64,000 nucleotides of DNA from a virus: positions 64,001-128,000 of the IMG/VR virus record IMGVR_UViG_3300042691_041718. One strand, 5' to 3'. Numbering within the stretch: position 1 is the stretch's first letter; the number at the start of each line of letters is the position of its first letter. The notes under the pieces are model-generated. The model was given only the letters and a program-made list of their open reading frames with translations. It ran no database searches and was not told where the DNA came from. Of the stretch, positions 1 to 9,504 are shown in pieces. Both the position numbers and the translations under genes were made by a program.

Positions 1-369
1 AAACCTTATATAGGACATTTAACACGTGTGGCTTCTAATGTATTAGGTAATTCTAATATAAGAGAGTTATTAACTACAATCGCACTTTTACATGATTTAG
101 TTGAAGATACCGATTGGACTGAAGAAGACTTACGAAAAGAATTTCCAGATGAAGTTGTTGATGCTGTTATTGCTTTAACAAAAGTTGAAGGTCAAAATTA
201 TGAAACTTATATAAATAATTTAATCTCAAATAAGTTAGCAATTCATGTTAAATTATCCGACTTAAAAGATAATATGGATGTAACACGATTACCTGAATTA
301 GGAGATTACGAATTAAAACGATTAAAGAAATACCACACAATTTATAATAAATTAATAAAACTAGTTTAA
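1..369 (+). CDS. HD-domain hydrolase, RelA/SpoT-HD (small alarmone hydrolase/Mesh1-like); 5'-truncated
   Basis: Frame is open from base 1 (KPYIGHLTRVA...). It has the motifs ALLHDLVEDT, VIALTK and VKLSDLKDN typical of (p)ppGpp-hydrolase-like HD proteins. Confidence 0.8.
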   Translation, partial: KPYIGHLTRVASNVLGNSNIRELLTTIALLHDLVEDTDWTEEDLRKEFPDEVVDAVIALTKVEGQNYETYINNLISNKLAIHVKLSDLKDNMDVTRLPELGDYELKRLKKYHTIYNKLIKLV

Positions 370-875
370 TGAAGAAACTAATATTTTTCCATGGGTATGG
401 TGGTGAACCTATTCCATTTATAACCGAGTTATTTAAGTATCTTGGTTACGAAACCATCCAACAATACATTGATTATGATTATGAATGGGATCTTGATGAA
501 TGTAAATCAATAACAGAAGAGTCTATTGAATTGTCAAAAGATTGTGATGTTATAATTGGTTTAAGTCTTGGTGGCTATACTGCTAACTTAATTGCTAACA
601 AATTAAGAAAAAATTGTATCTTAATCAACCCTGGTATAGATAGAGATAGATCTCAATTAGAGATAAAAGATTTTAACTATCCGCTTGAAAAAAATGATAT
701 AAACTTGGAGGTTTTCTTAGGTGCTAGAGATTTTCAAATACCAAACCATTACACAACTGAATATTTAGAAAGGAATGGTATTAAAGCTCGTATTGAGGTT
801 TTAGAAGATATGTACCATGTTTTCAATGATGAACAGTTTGTTAGAATTGTTAAAATGAGCAATTTTTTCAAATAA
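369..875 (+). CDS. Alpha/beta hydrolase (YqiA/UPF0227-like esterase)
   Basis: FFHGYGG oxyanion region, nucleophile elbow GLSLGG, LINPG, and late Asp/His (D-x-x-I-P ... YHVF). Confidence 0.7.
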   Translation: MKKLIFFHGYGGEPIPFITELFKYLGYETIQQYIDYDYEWDLDECKSITEESIELSKDCDVIIGLSLGGYTANLIANKLRKNCILINPGIDRDRSQLEIKDFNYPLEKNDINLEVFLGARDFQIPNHYTTEYLERNGIKARIEVLEDMYHVFNDEQFVRIVKMSNFFK

Positions 876-906
876 AAAAAGTGAGTAGTTTAACTACTCA
901 CTTTTT
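875..906. terminator. Bidirectional intrinsic terminator
   Basis: Inverted repeat AAAAAAGTGAGTAGTT/AACTACTCACTTTTT between convergent genes. Confidence 0.85.
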
Positions 907-2665
907 AAGGTATTCTTTTTATAACTTCTTCTATTTCATTAAGAGTTTTTATATAAGCTTCTAATGTATCATTATCAATATCATCAGATGAAAGTCCTTT
1001 AGCATAATAAATTATTCTATCTTTTCTGTCATTGAAACTATATCTTGGTTTATTTATTAATTCATTAATAGAGTTTAATCTGTTTAGAGCTATCTCCATA
1101 TCAGTTTCATCATTGATATCTTTTTTAACTTTAGAAAGGACTATTTCACCAACTTCAATTAGTTTAGTTGCTAATTTTTTATTATTTGGTTGTAACTTTG
1201 CTATTCTTCCAAGAGCATCTGTTTTAAGACTGTTTGAGTATTTTAAGATGTTGTGAATGTCATCTACTTGTGTTTTTTTTGATAAAGACCCAACATTTGA
1301 AAAATAATTAACATCAGATAGTGTCATTTTAGCTAGTAATTCTCTATCATCAGCGTGTCCACTAATTAACCCATACTTACTTCTATTCTTTTCAAAAGCA
1401 TCAATTATTCTATTTCTTTCTGTTGTAGATGATGTATTATATAGTGCTTGTAACCTATCAAAGTATTTAATTCCCGGATCCTTTTTGTCTTTGTTATCCC
1501 AAATATTTACAAGTTTTTGTATTTTCTGAATAGTATCTTTCAACTCGAAGAATAAGATATACTTATCGAATAACAATCTACTGAATAAAGAATTAAAACT
1601 TTCGATATTAAATTCTTTCTGAGCAATCTTCATCAATCTATTTTCTAAATTACTCTTTTTAATCTCTTCTGGATCTTTTAATCTTTGAGCTCCCATTCTA
1701 GCCTTGCTTCTATCACTTTTAATATCACTTCTTTTATAGAATTCAGAGTTTTTTAATTTACCAGTATCGAAAACAATTGCGAAGTCAGCTTCTGATTTTT
1801 CAGAGAGAGCATTACCTGTTTTTATATCTTTGTTGTATAAGAAGTAGTCAATTTCATCACTATCTTTTTTATCATCATTTAGTTTTACCTTTAGCTCATC
1901 AAAAAGATCATATCTCGTTCCACTTCCAGCAGTTAATTGCCAATAGTATCTACCAATATGTGAATATTGATTTCTTAATTCTCTTGATGGTGAGGATCCG
2001 TCTTTTGCACGATTATTGTGTATAGCAAAATAAGCATTTTCATACTCATCGAACACTATAACACCAGTTGTTGTTACACGACCCTCTTTGAAAACAATTG
2101 GTGTTCCATTTGGTATTTTAAAATTTACACTGGATAAGTTTTTAATACTAACATATCCCTCTTTATCTAAGTTTCCAAATTGAGCACCTTTTAATTTTGT
2201 GGGTCTACCATCAGTGATTGTTATTTCTTTTAGATCACCATCTTTAGTGATCCAGAATTTAATCAATTCATAATTTTGTGGAATTCCTTCTCCAGAAGAA
2301 ACAGTCATCATTCCAGTTCCTTTACATTTAGTACAATCAACTTTTCTGGTTCCACTTCCCCATTTTCTATTAATTTTACCACCTTTACAAGTCACACCTT
2401 CAATTCCTTTATCATTAAATAATTCAGTTGAAGTAGCATCACACTTTTTAGTTTCTTCTTTAGAACTAATAACTTCTTTAACTGCCTTTTTAAATGGTAG
2501 GTATTGAAAGAAGTCATCACTTATTTTTGAATAAGGGAAATCTATATTATCACAATAACTTTTTACTTTTTTTAAGAAAGTTTTTTTACTATCTTCAGAT
2601 AAAAAATTTAAAGTCTTTGGTAGTATATTGGATTCAAAAGCCTCAAATAATTTTATAAACTTCAT
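905..2665 (-). CDS. Hypothetical protein, paralogue family A (capsid-targeting-like N-terminus, DnaJ-type Cys zinc finger)
   Basis: 586 aa; starts MKFIKLFEAF; C..C..CTKCKGTG; shares blocks with 2662..4305 and 17052..18650. Confidence 0.75.
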   Translation of the reverse strand: MKFIKLFEAFESNILPKTLNFLSEDSKKTFLKKVKSYCDNIDFPYSKISDDFFQYLPFKKAVKEVISSKEETKKCDATSTELFNDKGIEGVTCKGGKINRKWGSGTRKVDCTKCKGTGMMTVSSGEGIPQNYELIKFWITKDGDLKEITITDGRPTKLKGAQFGNLDKEGYVSIKNLSSVNFKIPNGTPIVFKEGRVTTTGVIVFDEYENAYFAIHNNRAKDGSSPSRELRNQYSHIGRYYWQLTAGSGTRYDLFDELKVKLNDDKKDSDEIDYFLYNKDIKTGNALSEKSEADFAIVFDTGKLKNSEFYKRSDIKSDRSKARMGAQRLKDPEEIKKSNLENRLMKIAQKEFNIESFNSLFSRLLFDKYILFFELKDTIQKIQKLVNIWDNKDKKDPGIKYFDRLQALYNTSSTTERNRIIDAFEKNRSKYGLISGHADDRELLAKMTLSDVNYFSNVGSLSKKTQVDDIHNILKYSNSLKTDALGRIAKLQPNNKKLATKLIEVGEIVLSKVKKDINDETDMEIALNRLNSINELINKPRYSFNDRKDRIIYYAKGLSSDDIDNDTLEAYIKTLNEIEEVIKRIP

Positions 2666-4305
2666 ACTTTTTCTATTACATTTTTCATTCTATTACAGAT
2701 TCTACTAATTTCTTCCGGTGTTTTTGTTGTTAAACCAACATAATTTATATGACGGATACTACCTAATCTAAAATTGGACCATTCATATCTTTTATTTCTA
2801 ATTAGATCCTCAATAGTTTTTATTTTAGCGACTAATATTTCAGCATCATCGATAGTTTCTAGTTTACCAAAAGATTTCAATTTATTATAAATAACATTAC
2901 TGATTTCTTCCATGTGACTTATTAAAACTTTGTGTTTATCATCGGCTTCTGCCTTAACAGTTTCAATAGTTTTTAAGTTGTTTGAGTTATTAGTTATTTC
3001 TCTTCTAAAATATGATTTTAGTGAATCAGCTAGATTTTTTATTTCAGCTTCAGGTTCTACATAACCACCTCTCTTTTTCTTAGCCTTTTCAATTGCTTTT
3101 ATCAATTTAACATATTTATTTAAGATGTTGTCTAATATATCTGATAGTTCACCTTGTTCAAGCATCTTGAAAAGAACATTTTTAAATCCTAATATTCTGA
3201 AGAAATAAGTATCGAAGTTGGATACATCTAATTTATCAGATGAGATTTCGCTTAATTTAGAAATGTATCTATCAATGTTTTGTTTTTTGATCTCTTCTGG
3301 TTTTATAAATGATAAAGCTCCTGATTTTTGAGTTTTTCTACCAGAAATAATCTCTGATTTTTTCGGTAAGTCAAGTCCTTTTAATTTATCAACGTCTAAT
3401 ACAATAGCAAATTTAGCATCCGTTAAACTTTCTTTAGTTAAATTTCTTGTTCTGAAGGCTCTATCACCAACATTTTTATAAAACTCGGTTTCACTAGAAA
3501 TAGTCTTTCCTCCTGAATAATCAAATATAGTTACATATGAATCACCACCAATTGACCAAGAATAATTTCCATAATCTCTCCAATTACCATCAGGTGAAGA
3601 TCCACTCTTACCATCGTTATTGTGTATAAAGTATCTACCACCACCTCGCACAAATAAATATCCATTATCAAATCTTCCTCTTTGATAATCATTTCTACTG
3701 AAGTATATCTTACCAGGATAAACTCCATCTTTTAATCTTTGATTGAATAGGTTTCTCATTCCTTTTTCTTCCAACTCTCTAATATCACCATGATATGATA
3801 GATAACTCAATCTTTGTTCTTCACTTTCTTCTTTTGGTGAATCTATCTTAGATTTGGAAATAGTTATTAAATTACCCCCTTCATCTAACCAAAATTTAAA
3901 AACATTTTGTGGAAGTTTTTTATCTTTCCCATCTGGTGTTCCAACTTTACCAGTTCCTTTACAAACAGGACATTCAACATTTCTAGTGCCTTTACCCCAT
4001 TTCTTAGCTAATTTACCAGCTCTACATTCACTATCTTCAACTCCTTTATCACCAAATACTTCAATAGATTTGGCTTTACAATCTACCTGGTCTCCTTTTT
4101 TACCCTTTTCAACTCTATAATTTAAAGCTGATTTATAAGGTAGGTATTCAAAAACCTCATCAGTTATTTTAGATTGTGGTATATCATATTCTCTTGATAT
4201 ATGATCAATCATACCTAAGAAATTGGGTTTCCCGTTTTTTATATAATTTAATGTTTTAGAAATTACATTAGATTCAAATGCTTCGAAAAGTTTTATATAC
4301 TTCAT
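2662..4305 (-). CDS. Hypothetical protein, paralogue family A
   Basis: 547 aa; starts MKYIKLFEAF; CPVCKGTG; IHNN..GSSP...G.YSW block; stop overlaps the next start. Confidence 0.75.
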   Translation of the reverse strand: MKYIKLFEAFESNVISKTLNYIKNGKPNFLGMIDHISREYDIPQSKITDEVFEYLPYKSALNYRVEKGKKGDQVDCKAKSIEVFGDKGVEDSECRAGKLAKKWGKGTRNVECPVCKGTGKVGTPDGKDKKLPQNVFKFWLDEGGNLITISKSKIDSPKEESEEQRLSYLSYHGDIRELEEKGMRNLFNQRLKDGVYPGKIYFSRNDYQRGRFDNGYLFVRGGGRYFIHNNDGKSGSSPDGNWRDYGNYSWSIGGDSYVTIFDYSGGKTISSETEFYKNVGDRAFRTRNLTKESLTDAKFAIVLDVDKLKGLDLPKKSEIISGRKTQKSGALSFIKPEEIKKQNIDRYISKLSEISSDKLDVSNFDTYFFRILGFKNVLFKMLEQGELSDILDNILNKYVKLIKAIEKAKKKRGGYVEPEAEIKNLADSLKSYFRREITNNSNNLKTIETVKAEADDKHKVLISHMEEISNVIYNKLKSFGKLETIDDAEILVAKIKTIEDLIRNKRYEWSNFRLGSIRHINYVGLTTKTPEEISRICNRMKNVIEKV

Positions 4306-4328
4306 AATATAATAATATTTTTACTCTT

Positions 4329-4337
4329 TATATATTA
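4329..4337 (-). promoter_or_regulatory. Putative phage late-promoter motif TAATATATA (representative copy)
   Basis: The same 9-mer recurs upstream of at least 14 genes in the window (see findings). Confidence 0.65.
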
Positions 4338-4356
4338 AAAAGTAAAACTTATTTTG

Positions 4357-4364
4357 TATATTTG
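4357..4364 (+). promoter_or_regulatory. Bacteroidota sigma70-type -7 element TAnnTTTG (representative copy)
   Basis: TATATTTG 14 nt before the ATG at 4379; the same element precedes at least 7 other genes. Confidence 0.65.
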
Positions 4365-4378
4365 TGAAAAATATTATT

Positions 4379-4648
4379 ATGAGAATATTAGATTTTGGTA
4401 GATATAAAGAGATAACATCAGCTAAATTCCGTGTCAAGAGAATAGATGAATCTAGTGATGAGACTTGTTATTATGTCTTACTTTCAATTAATGGTGAAAG
4501 GATAAATGGTGAGATATTCTGTGATTCTAATGGTGAGTTAGAATGTTATCAGTTCTATAATTCAGAAGGTAGATGTATAAGTGAAATATACGGAACTGAA
4601 GTTGTGGAAGATTTAGTGAGAAAGAAATTAAAAAAATTAAGAAAATGA
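4379..4648 (+). CDS. Hypothetical protein
   Basis: The ORF track starts at GTG 4364, inside the promoter element, so ATG 4379 is preferred. Coupled to the next gene by an ATGA overlap. Confidence 0.6.
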   Translation: MRILDFGRYKEITSAKFRVKRIDESSDETCYYVLLSINGERINGEIFCDSNGELECYQFYNSEGRCISEIYGTEVVEDLVRKKLKKLRK

Positions 4649-5232
4649 GTAATATATGGTTTACTTCAGATACGCATTTCGGGCATACAAATATAGCTGG
4701 TCCCAAAATATCTAGATGGAATTCTGGATATAGAAATTTTAATTCAGTTCATGAGATGAACATGGCTCTTATTGATGGTATCAATAAGTATGTCAAAGAA
4801 AATGATATACTATATCACTTAGGTGATTGGAGCTTTGGTGGAATTCACAACATCAAATTATTTAGAGATTCAATTGTTTGTAAAAAAATTCATCTTATTT
4901 TAGGAAACCACGACCAGCATATAGTTGATAAAGAAGTAAAATTCCACGATTCTTCTTTTAACCCAATTGAACTTTTTTCATCAGTTCAAGATGTTTTACA
5001 AGTTTCACATGGAAAACATAAATTTTTCATGAGTCATTATCCACATTTATCTTGGGATGGGAGTCATAAGGGGGTTATTATGCTACATGGTCATGAACAC
5101 TCATATTTTGATCATTTAAATAAAAACACTTTAAGAATGGATGTTGGTGTCGATTCCGCTAAAATAGTATTAGGTGAATATAGACCTTTTAGTATAGAAG
5201 AGGTTATTGATTTTAATAGTAGAAAAAAATAA
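4645..5232 (+). CDS. Calcineurin-like metallophosphoesterase
   Basis: Motifs SDTHFGH, HLGD, GNHD, SHYP, HGHEH and DVGVD. Confidence 0.9.
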   Translation: MSNIWFTSDTHFGHTNIAGPKISRWNSGYRNFNSVHEMNMALIDGINKYVKENDILYHLGDWSFGGIHNIKLFRDSIVCKKIHLILGNHDQHIVDKEVKFHDSSFNPIELFSSVQDVLQVSHGKHKFFMSHYPHLSWDGSHKGVIMLHGHEHSYFDHLNKNTLRMDVGVDSAKIVLGEYRPFSIEEVIDFNSRKK

Positions 5233-5295
5233 TTCAGATAGCACATCATTAGGGAGTTATTCACTTTTAATATATAATTAAAAGAATAAACTCTT

Positions 5296-6174
5296 ATGAG
5301 AAAGTGGAATAATGATGAATTGGATTTTTTGTTATCTAATTATGCTAAAGAGGGAATTAGCTTTTGTTCTAATTTTCTTAATAGAACACAAAGAAGTGTT
5401 CAAAAAAAGGCCTCAAAACTTGGATTGAAAGTTGACATTGAAACGATTAAGTCTCTTAGATCATCAACTGTAAAATGTAGTTGGGAGAAAAGAAATGACT
5501 CACAAAAAAACCTAAATAAGGTATTAAACGTGTCAATTGATGACATTTATACTAATCCTACATTTTTATATATTTTAGGTTATATATGGGGTGATGGTTA
5601 TATTCATAATGGTGGTCTTGGTAAATCAAATTCGGTATCGTTAGAAATTATTAAAGATGATGGTTTGGATATTTATGAAAAGATGATGTCGGTTATAAAT
5701 TGGAATATTTCATATAGAAAAAGAAATAATAGAAAAGAGCAAATTTGTTTTTCTATATATAATAGAATATTAATTGAATATTTAGTATCTTTAGACTATC
5801 ATAAGAAATCTTATAATTATCCTATAATTTTAGATAATTTAAGTTTTGATATGAAAAGGTATTTTTATATGGGATTGTCGGATGCTGATGGTTGTTTTTA
5901 TTATAATTCGAAACATTATAATACACAATATTCAATATCATCCACCATTAATCAGGATTGGAGACACATCTCTGATATTTTTGATTATTTAGGTATAGAA
6001 TATAAAATTAAAAAGAGAGAGACTATAAATAAAAGTGGTAATATTCACACACACTCTTTGGTTTTAATATCCAATAAAAAAGATGTTTTAAAATTTGGAG
6101 ATTATTTATATGGTGATGATTTTATAGGATTGAAAAGAAAATATGAAAAATATCTTTATATAAAAAATTTGTAA
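5296..6174 (+). mobile_element. Free-standing LAGLIDADG homing endonuclease
   Basis: Two LAGLIDADG helices (YILGYIWGDG, FYMGLSDADG) and an N-terminal HTH-like WxxxE repeat; own TAATATATA at 5268..5276. Confidence 0.85.
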
Positions 6175-6206
6175 TTTAATATTACTTTTTTATTTTTATA
6201 AAATTA

Positions 6207-6413
6207 GTGTTGATCATCATGAATAAGAGTCAAATTATAGAAGTTAGTTTACAATTCAGAAAAATTATTATAAACTCCAATTATGGTTTGCCTAATAAGT
6301 TTCTAAATATAGATGATGAATATTATTCAGAAACTTTTAAGTTAAAAATACTTTATAAAAGATTTCATAAAATAGAAAAGATATGGAAAAGTGGGAAGAC
6401 GCACAATCAGTAG
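6207..6413 (+). CDS. Small protein with a PolB motif-B-like segment and an RxxKIxxI tail
   Basis: RKIIINSNYG, then KRFHKIEKIW. ATG at 6219 is the likelier start. Confidence 0.55.
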   Translation: MLIIMNKSQIIEVSLQFRKIIINSNYGLPNKFLNIDDEYYSETFKLKILYKRFHKIEKIWKSGKTHNQ

Positions 6414-6736
6414 TTTGTATAAAACCATACTTAAATTATAGAGTTGGTGGTTCTTATAACATAAAAGGTAGAGGAAACTTGACTTTTAATGCTGACCCAG
6501 AAGTTGGTGGTAGAAAAGGTTGGGGTATTTGTATCGAAGATGATTGGTACGGATCACACGATGATAAAGGTAATCTTATAAAAGATTGGTGGAAAAAACC
6601 ATATTCAGAAAGAATTAAGTGGTATTATTTAGATTTAAATGAGTTAAATACTTATTTCATAACTTATGATGAATATTGGGAAACTAAATTGAAAGCGGAT
6701 AGAAGAGAAGATAAACTTAATCAATTAGGTATATGA
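6383..6736 (+). CDS. Hypothetical protein with C-terminal tail RREDKLNQLGI
   Basis: 117 aa ORF; ATGA-coupled to the next gene. Confidence 0.7.
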   Translation: MEKWEDAQSVVCIKPYLNYRVGGSYNIKGRGNLTFNADPEVGGRKGWGICIEDDWYGSHDDKGNLIKDWWKKPYSERIKWYYLDLNELNTYFITYDEYWETKLKADRREDKLNQLGI

Positions 6737-7113
6737 AGTATAAAGATAATAATTTTGTAAACTATCAAGATAAACAAAGAAATGGTAACTTTGATTACTA
6801 TTCAGATAAAAGTGATAGACAAAAGAGGAGAGAATTAGAACATAAATTGTCTATTTTTTATATGGGAAAACTTTCAAATAGAATTGAAAAGTTATGGTGG
6901 AATAATCTTAAAACATCTGATAAAGAAAAAATTTGTAGAGGTTATAATAACCAGTTAGATTATCTTTTACAAGATGAAGGTTATAGGAAATCACTTTGGT
7001 ATAGTCATAAAGTATTTGAGTCTTGGGAAGAATGGTTCGATTATATCAAAGTTGAGTATAAACCAAATAAGTCTTCTTATAGAAATGATAAATTGAAAAT
7101 GTTGGGTATATGA
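6733..7113 (+). CDS. Hypothetical protein with C-terminal tail RNDKLKMLGI
   Basis: 126 aa ORF; ATGA-coupled. Confidence 0.7.
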   Translation: MKYKDNNFVNYQDKQRNGNFDYYSDKSDRQKRRELEHKLSIFYMGKLSNRIEKLWWNNLKTSDKEKICRGYNNQLDYLLQDEGYRKSLWYSHKVFESWEEWFDYIKVEYKPNKSSYRNDKLKMLGI

Positions 7114-7343
7114 AAGTTCCTACTATTGAGGTGTTGGTAATGTCTTTATATAATGATATTTTAGATGCTAAGAAAAAATTAAAAAAATTAGAAAATGATT
7201 CAAGACTTAATATTTATCCAAGTCAGATAGATGTTTATCAAGAAATGAGTGAGTTAAAAAATTTTATTCAAAAAAATGAAGAATTATTAAGTCGATACAG
7301 GACTACAATAAGAGATGAAAAACTTAAACAATTGGGTATATGA
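7110..7343 (+). CDS. Small coiled-coil protein with C-terminal tail RDEKLKQLGI
   Basis: 77 aa ORF; ATGA-coupled. Confidence 0.7.
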   Translation: MKVPTIEVLVMSLYNDILDAKKKLKKLENDSRLNIYPSQIDVYQEMSELKNFIQKNEELLSRYRTTIRDEKLKQLGI

Positions 7344-7744
7344 CAGAAGATGAAGTTTTTGATATTATAAAGGATGTCTATTTTGAAGAAAACTTTGAAA
7401 TAAATAAAGCAAAGTATGCTTTTTTAGGTAAACCTAACTATACTAGTTTTCGTATAAAGAAGTATAATAATAAATTTAAAGGTTTTTATACTCATGTTAG
7501 AATACAAAATAAAGTATTAGGAAATCAAATACTTAATGATCATTGGGTTGTTATTGGATGTAATATTTCCAATGAGTATGAAATTGATTTCGATAGTGTG
7601 TTATCATTACAAATGTTTAAGGATTGGTTTGATGAATTGTTGGAAGCTGAGAAAAAGGTAGATCATTTAAAAAGTCGGTTCAATAAAATGAAAAGAAATT
7701 TTAAATCTGAACTAAGAGATTATCAATTAAAAAAGTTATTATGA
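7340..7744 (+). CDS. Hypothetical protein with C-terminal tail RDYQLKKLL
   Basis: 134 aa ORF; ATGA-coupled. Confidence 0.7.
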   Translation: MTEDEVFDIIKDVYFEENFEINKAKYAFLGKPNYTSFRIKKYNNKFKGFYTHVRIQNKVLGNQILNDHWVVIGCNISNEYEIDFDSVLSLQMFKDWFDELLEAEKKVDHLKSRFNKMKRNFKSELRDYQLKKLL

Positions 7745-8625
7745 AAGATATAAAGAGTTTTTGTAAGTTATTTGATTTGAATGTTCCAAATTTCAATGAA
7801 TTTGATTATTATATCAATCAATATAAAAAATTGTGGAGGTGGAAAAATATTGATGATTTAATAACATTATATGAATCAGCTGAATTAGAGATTGAAGATA
7901 TTTACCAGTTTAAATTGGATAAATCAAATGAGGCTATTGAGTTTCTTAAAAAATCGAGAGCTTATAATGAATTAAATGATGATAATTTAATTACTGATTT
8001 ACCAACCAATAAAAATGTTACTTTATCAGAAGATAAAAAATATTTATCTATCGATTTGAAGATGGCTAATTGGCAGGTTCTTAAAAAGTATGATCCATTC
8101 TTCCTAAATGAATTAGGAGATACTTATTCTGATTTCTTAAATAAGTTTGATATACATCCAATATTTCACAAGTCTAAACATTTCAGACAATACATCTTTG
8201 GTAATATAAATCCAAAAAGACAAGTTAGAGCTCAAAGAGTTATGATTGAAGATGTTATTAATAAATTGAGTGGTTTTGATGGTTTAACATTGGAATTTAT
8301 TAAGTATGATGAGGTTATATTCTCTTATGATGATATAAAAAAATTACAAAAAGAAGTTCTATTAGATATTATTAAAAATGAGTCTTATAATGTTAAAATA
8401 TTCAAAACTAAAATAACAGAAGATTTTAGAATAAATACTTATTTAGACTTTTTTGAAAATGAACTATATAAGGAGTTAACTGGTTGTGATGGTAGAAAAT
8501 ACTTTATTTACTTAAAAAAATACATATTTAATGAACCTATTGATATAAGAGACCTTTATTTTAGATGTGATGGTGACTTAGCAATCTGGGGAGTTGAAAA
8601 CTTAAAAATTGAACTAAATGACTGA
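7741..8625 (+). CDS. Hypothetical protein (possible polymerase palm-like acidic motifs)
   Basis: 294 aa; YLSIDLKMAN and IKYDEVIF. The function is uncertain. Confidence 0.6.
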   Translation: MKDIKSFCKLFDLNVPNFNEFDYYINQYKKLWRWKNIDDLITLYESAELEIEDIYQFKLDKSNEAIEFLKKSRAYNELNDDNLITDLPTNKNVTLSEDKKYLSIDLKMANWQVLKKYDPFFLNELGDTYSDFLNKFDIHPIFHKSKHFRQYIFGNINPKRQVRAQRVMIEDVINKLSGFDGLTLEFIKYDEVIFSYDDIKKLQKEVLLDIIKNESYNVKIFKTKITEDFRINTYLDFFENELYKELTGCDGRKYFIYLKKYIFNEPIDIRDLYFRCDGDLAIWGVENLKIELND

Positions 8626-8887
8626 TTTATTTGTATATGATTTAAATGATAATTTAATTGGTTGTCATAATATTGATTTTGAAATTCTTTCTGGTGAAAA
8701 TCTAACTCAAGCTAAAAATCGTAGCAGAGATTTTATAAATAAAAAATTTGGTATACAAGCCTTTGATAAGGATACAAAAGTAACTATACATAGAAACTTT
8801 GGTGAAGAAAAATTTTCAATTATATTAAAGATTTCAGACAAACAACTAACTAGAGAAATGATACTAACTAATATTTTAAACAAATGA
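8618..8887 (+). CDS. Hypothetical protein with a degenerate tail REMILTNIL
   Basis: 89 aa ORF within the coupled operon. Confidence 0.6.
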   Translation: MTDLFVYDLNDNLIGCHNIDFEILSGENLTQAKNRSRDFINKKFGIQAFDKDTKVTIHRNFGEEKFSIILKISDKQLTREMILTNILNK

Positions 8888-9504
8888 TAGACGATTTATT
8901 TAATAAAAGACCAATTAGACTTGATAGAATGACTTGTAACTCTGGTGGTGCCGTTGGAACGGATACTGTTTTTGAAAATAAATGTATTGAAAGAGGTATT
9001 AAGGTTAGGGCTTTTTCCTATAAAACTAAATATCATGACTCACCTAATAAAGTTGAGATATCAGATGATGATTATAATGAAGGTGTTAATGAGATAAACC
9101 GTGCTAATAAGGTTTTAGGTAGATTTGGTATTCAAAAATATATGAATCTCTTAGCTAGAAATTGGTCTCAAGTTAAATATTCTAATCAAGTTTTTGCAAT
9201 AGGTAGTATAGTAAATCCTGGTAGTAAAGATAGTAAGGGTTATTATAATAAATCTAAATATGATATCGTTTCGGGTGGTACTGGTTATGCTGTTCAAATG
9301 GCTATCAATAACGAGAAAGAAGTTTACGTTTATGAACAAAATAAGAAGTCTTGGTTTAGATGGTCTTATAATGCTTTAAGATTTGTTCAATTAAAAGATA
9401 CTCCAAAAATAACAGAAGAGAATTTTGCTGGAATTGGTACTCGTGAGATAAATAGTGATGGTGTTCAAGCGATTGAAGATTTATTAAATAAAACTTTTAA
9501 TTAA
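8884..9504 (+). CDS. SLOG-superfamily (DprA/YspA-like Rossmann) protein
   Basis: SGGAVGTD, SGGTGYAVQMA and FAGIGTRE motifs. Confidence 0.65.
   Translation: MIDDLFNKRPIRLDRMTCNSGGAVGTDTVFENKCIERGIKVRAFSYKTKYHDSPNKVEISDDDYNEGVNEINRANKVLGRFGIQKYMNLLARNWSQVKYSNQVFAIGSIVNPGSKDSKGYYNKSKYDIVSGGTGYAVQMAINNEKEVYVYEQNKKSWFRWSYNALRFVQLKDTPKITEENFAGIGTREINSDGVQAIEDLLNKTFN

Noticed and set aside
5233-6206. Group I intron around the LAGLIDADG gene
   Set aside because: The flanks are only about 60 and 30 nt of AT-rich sequence, with no room for an intron core, and no gene is obviously interrupted.
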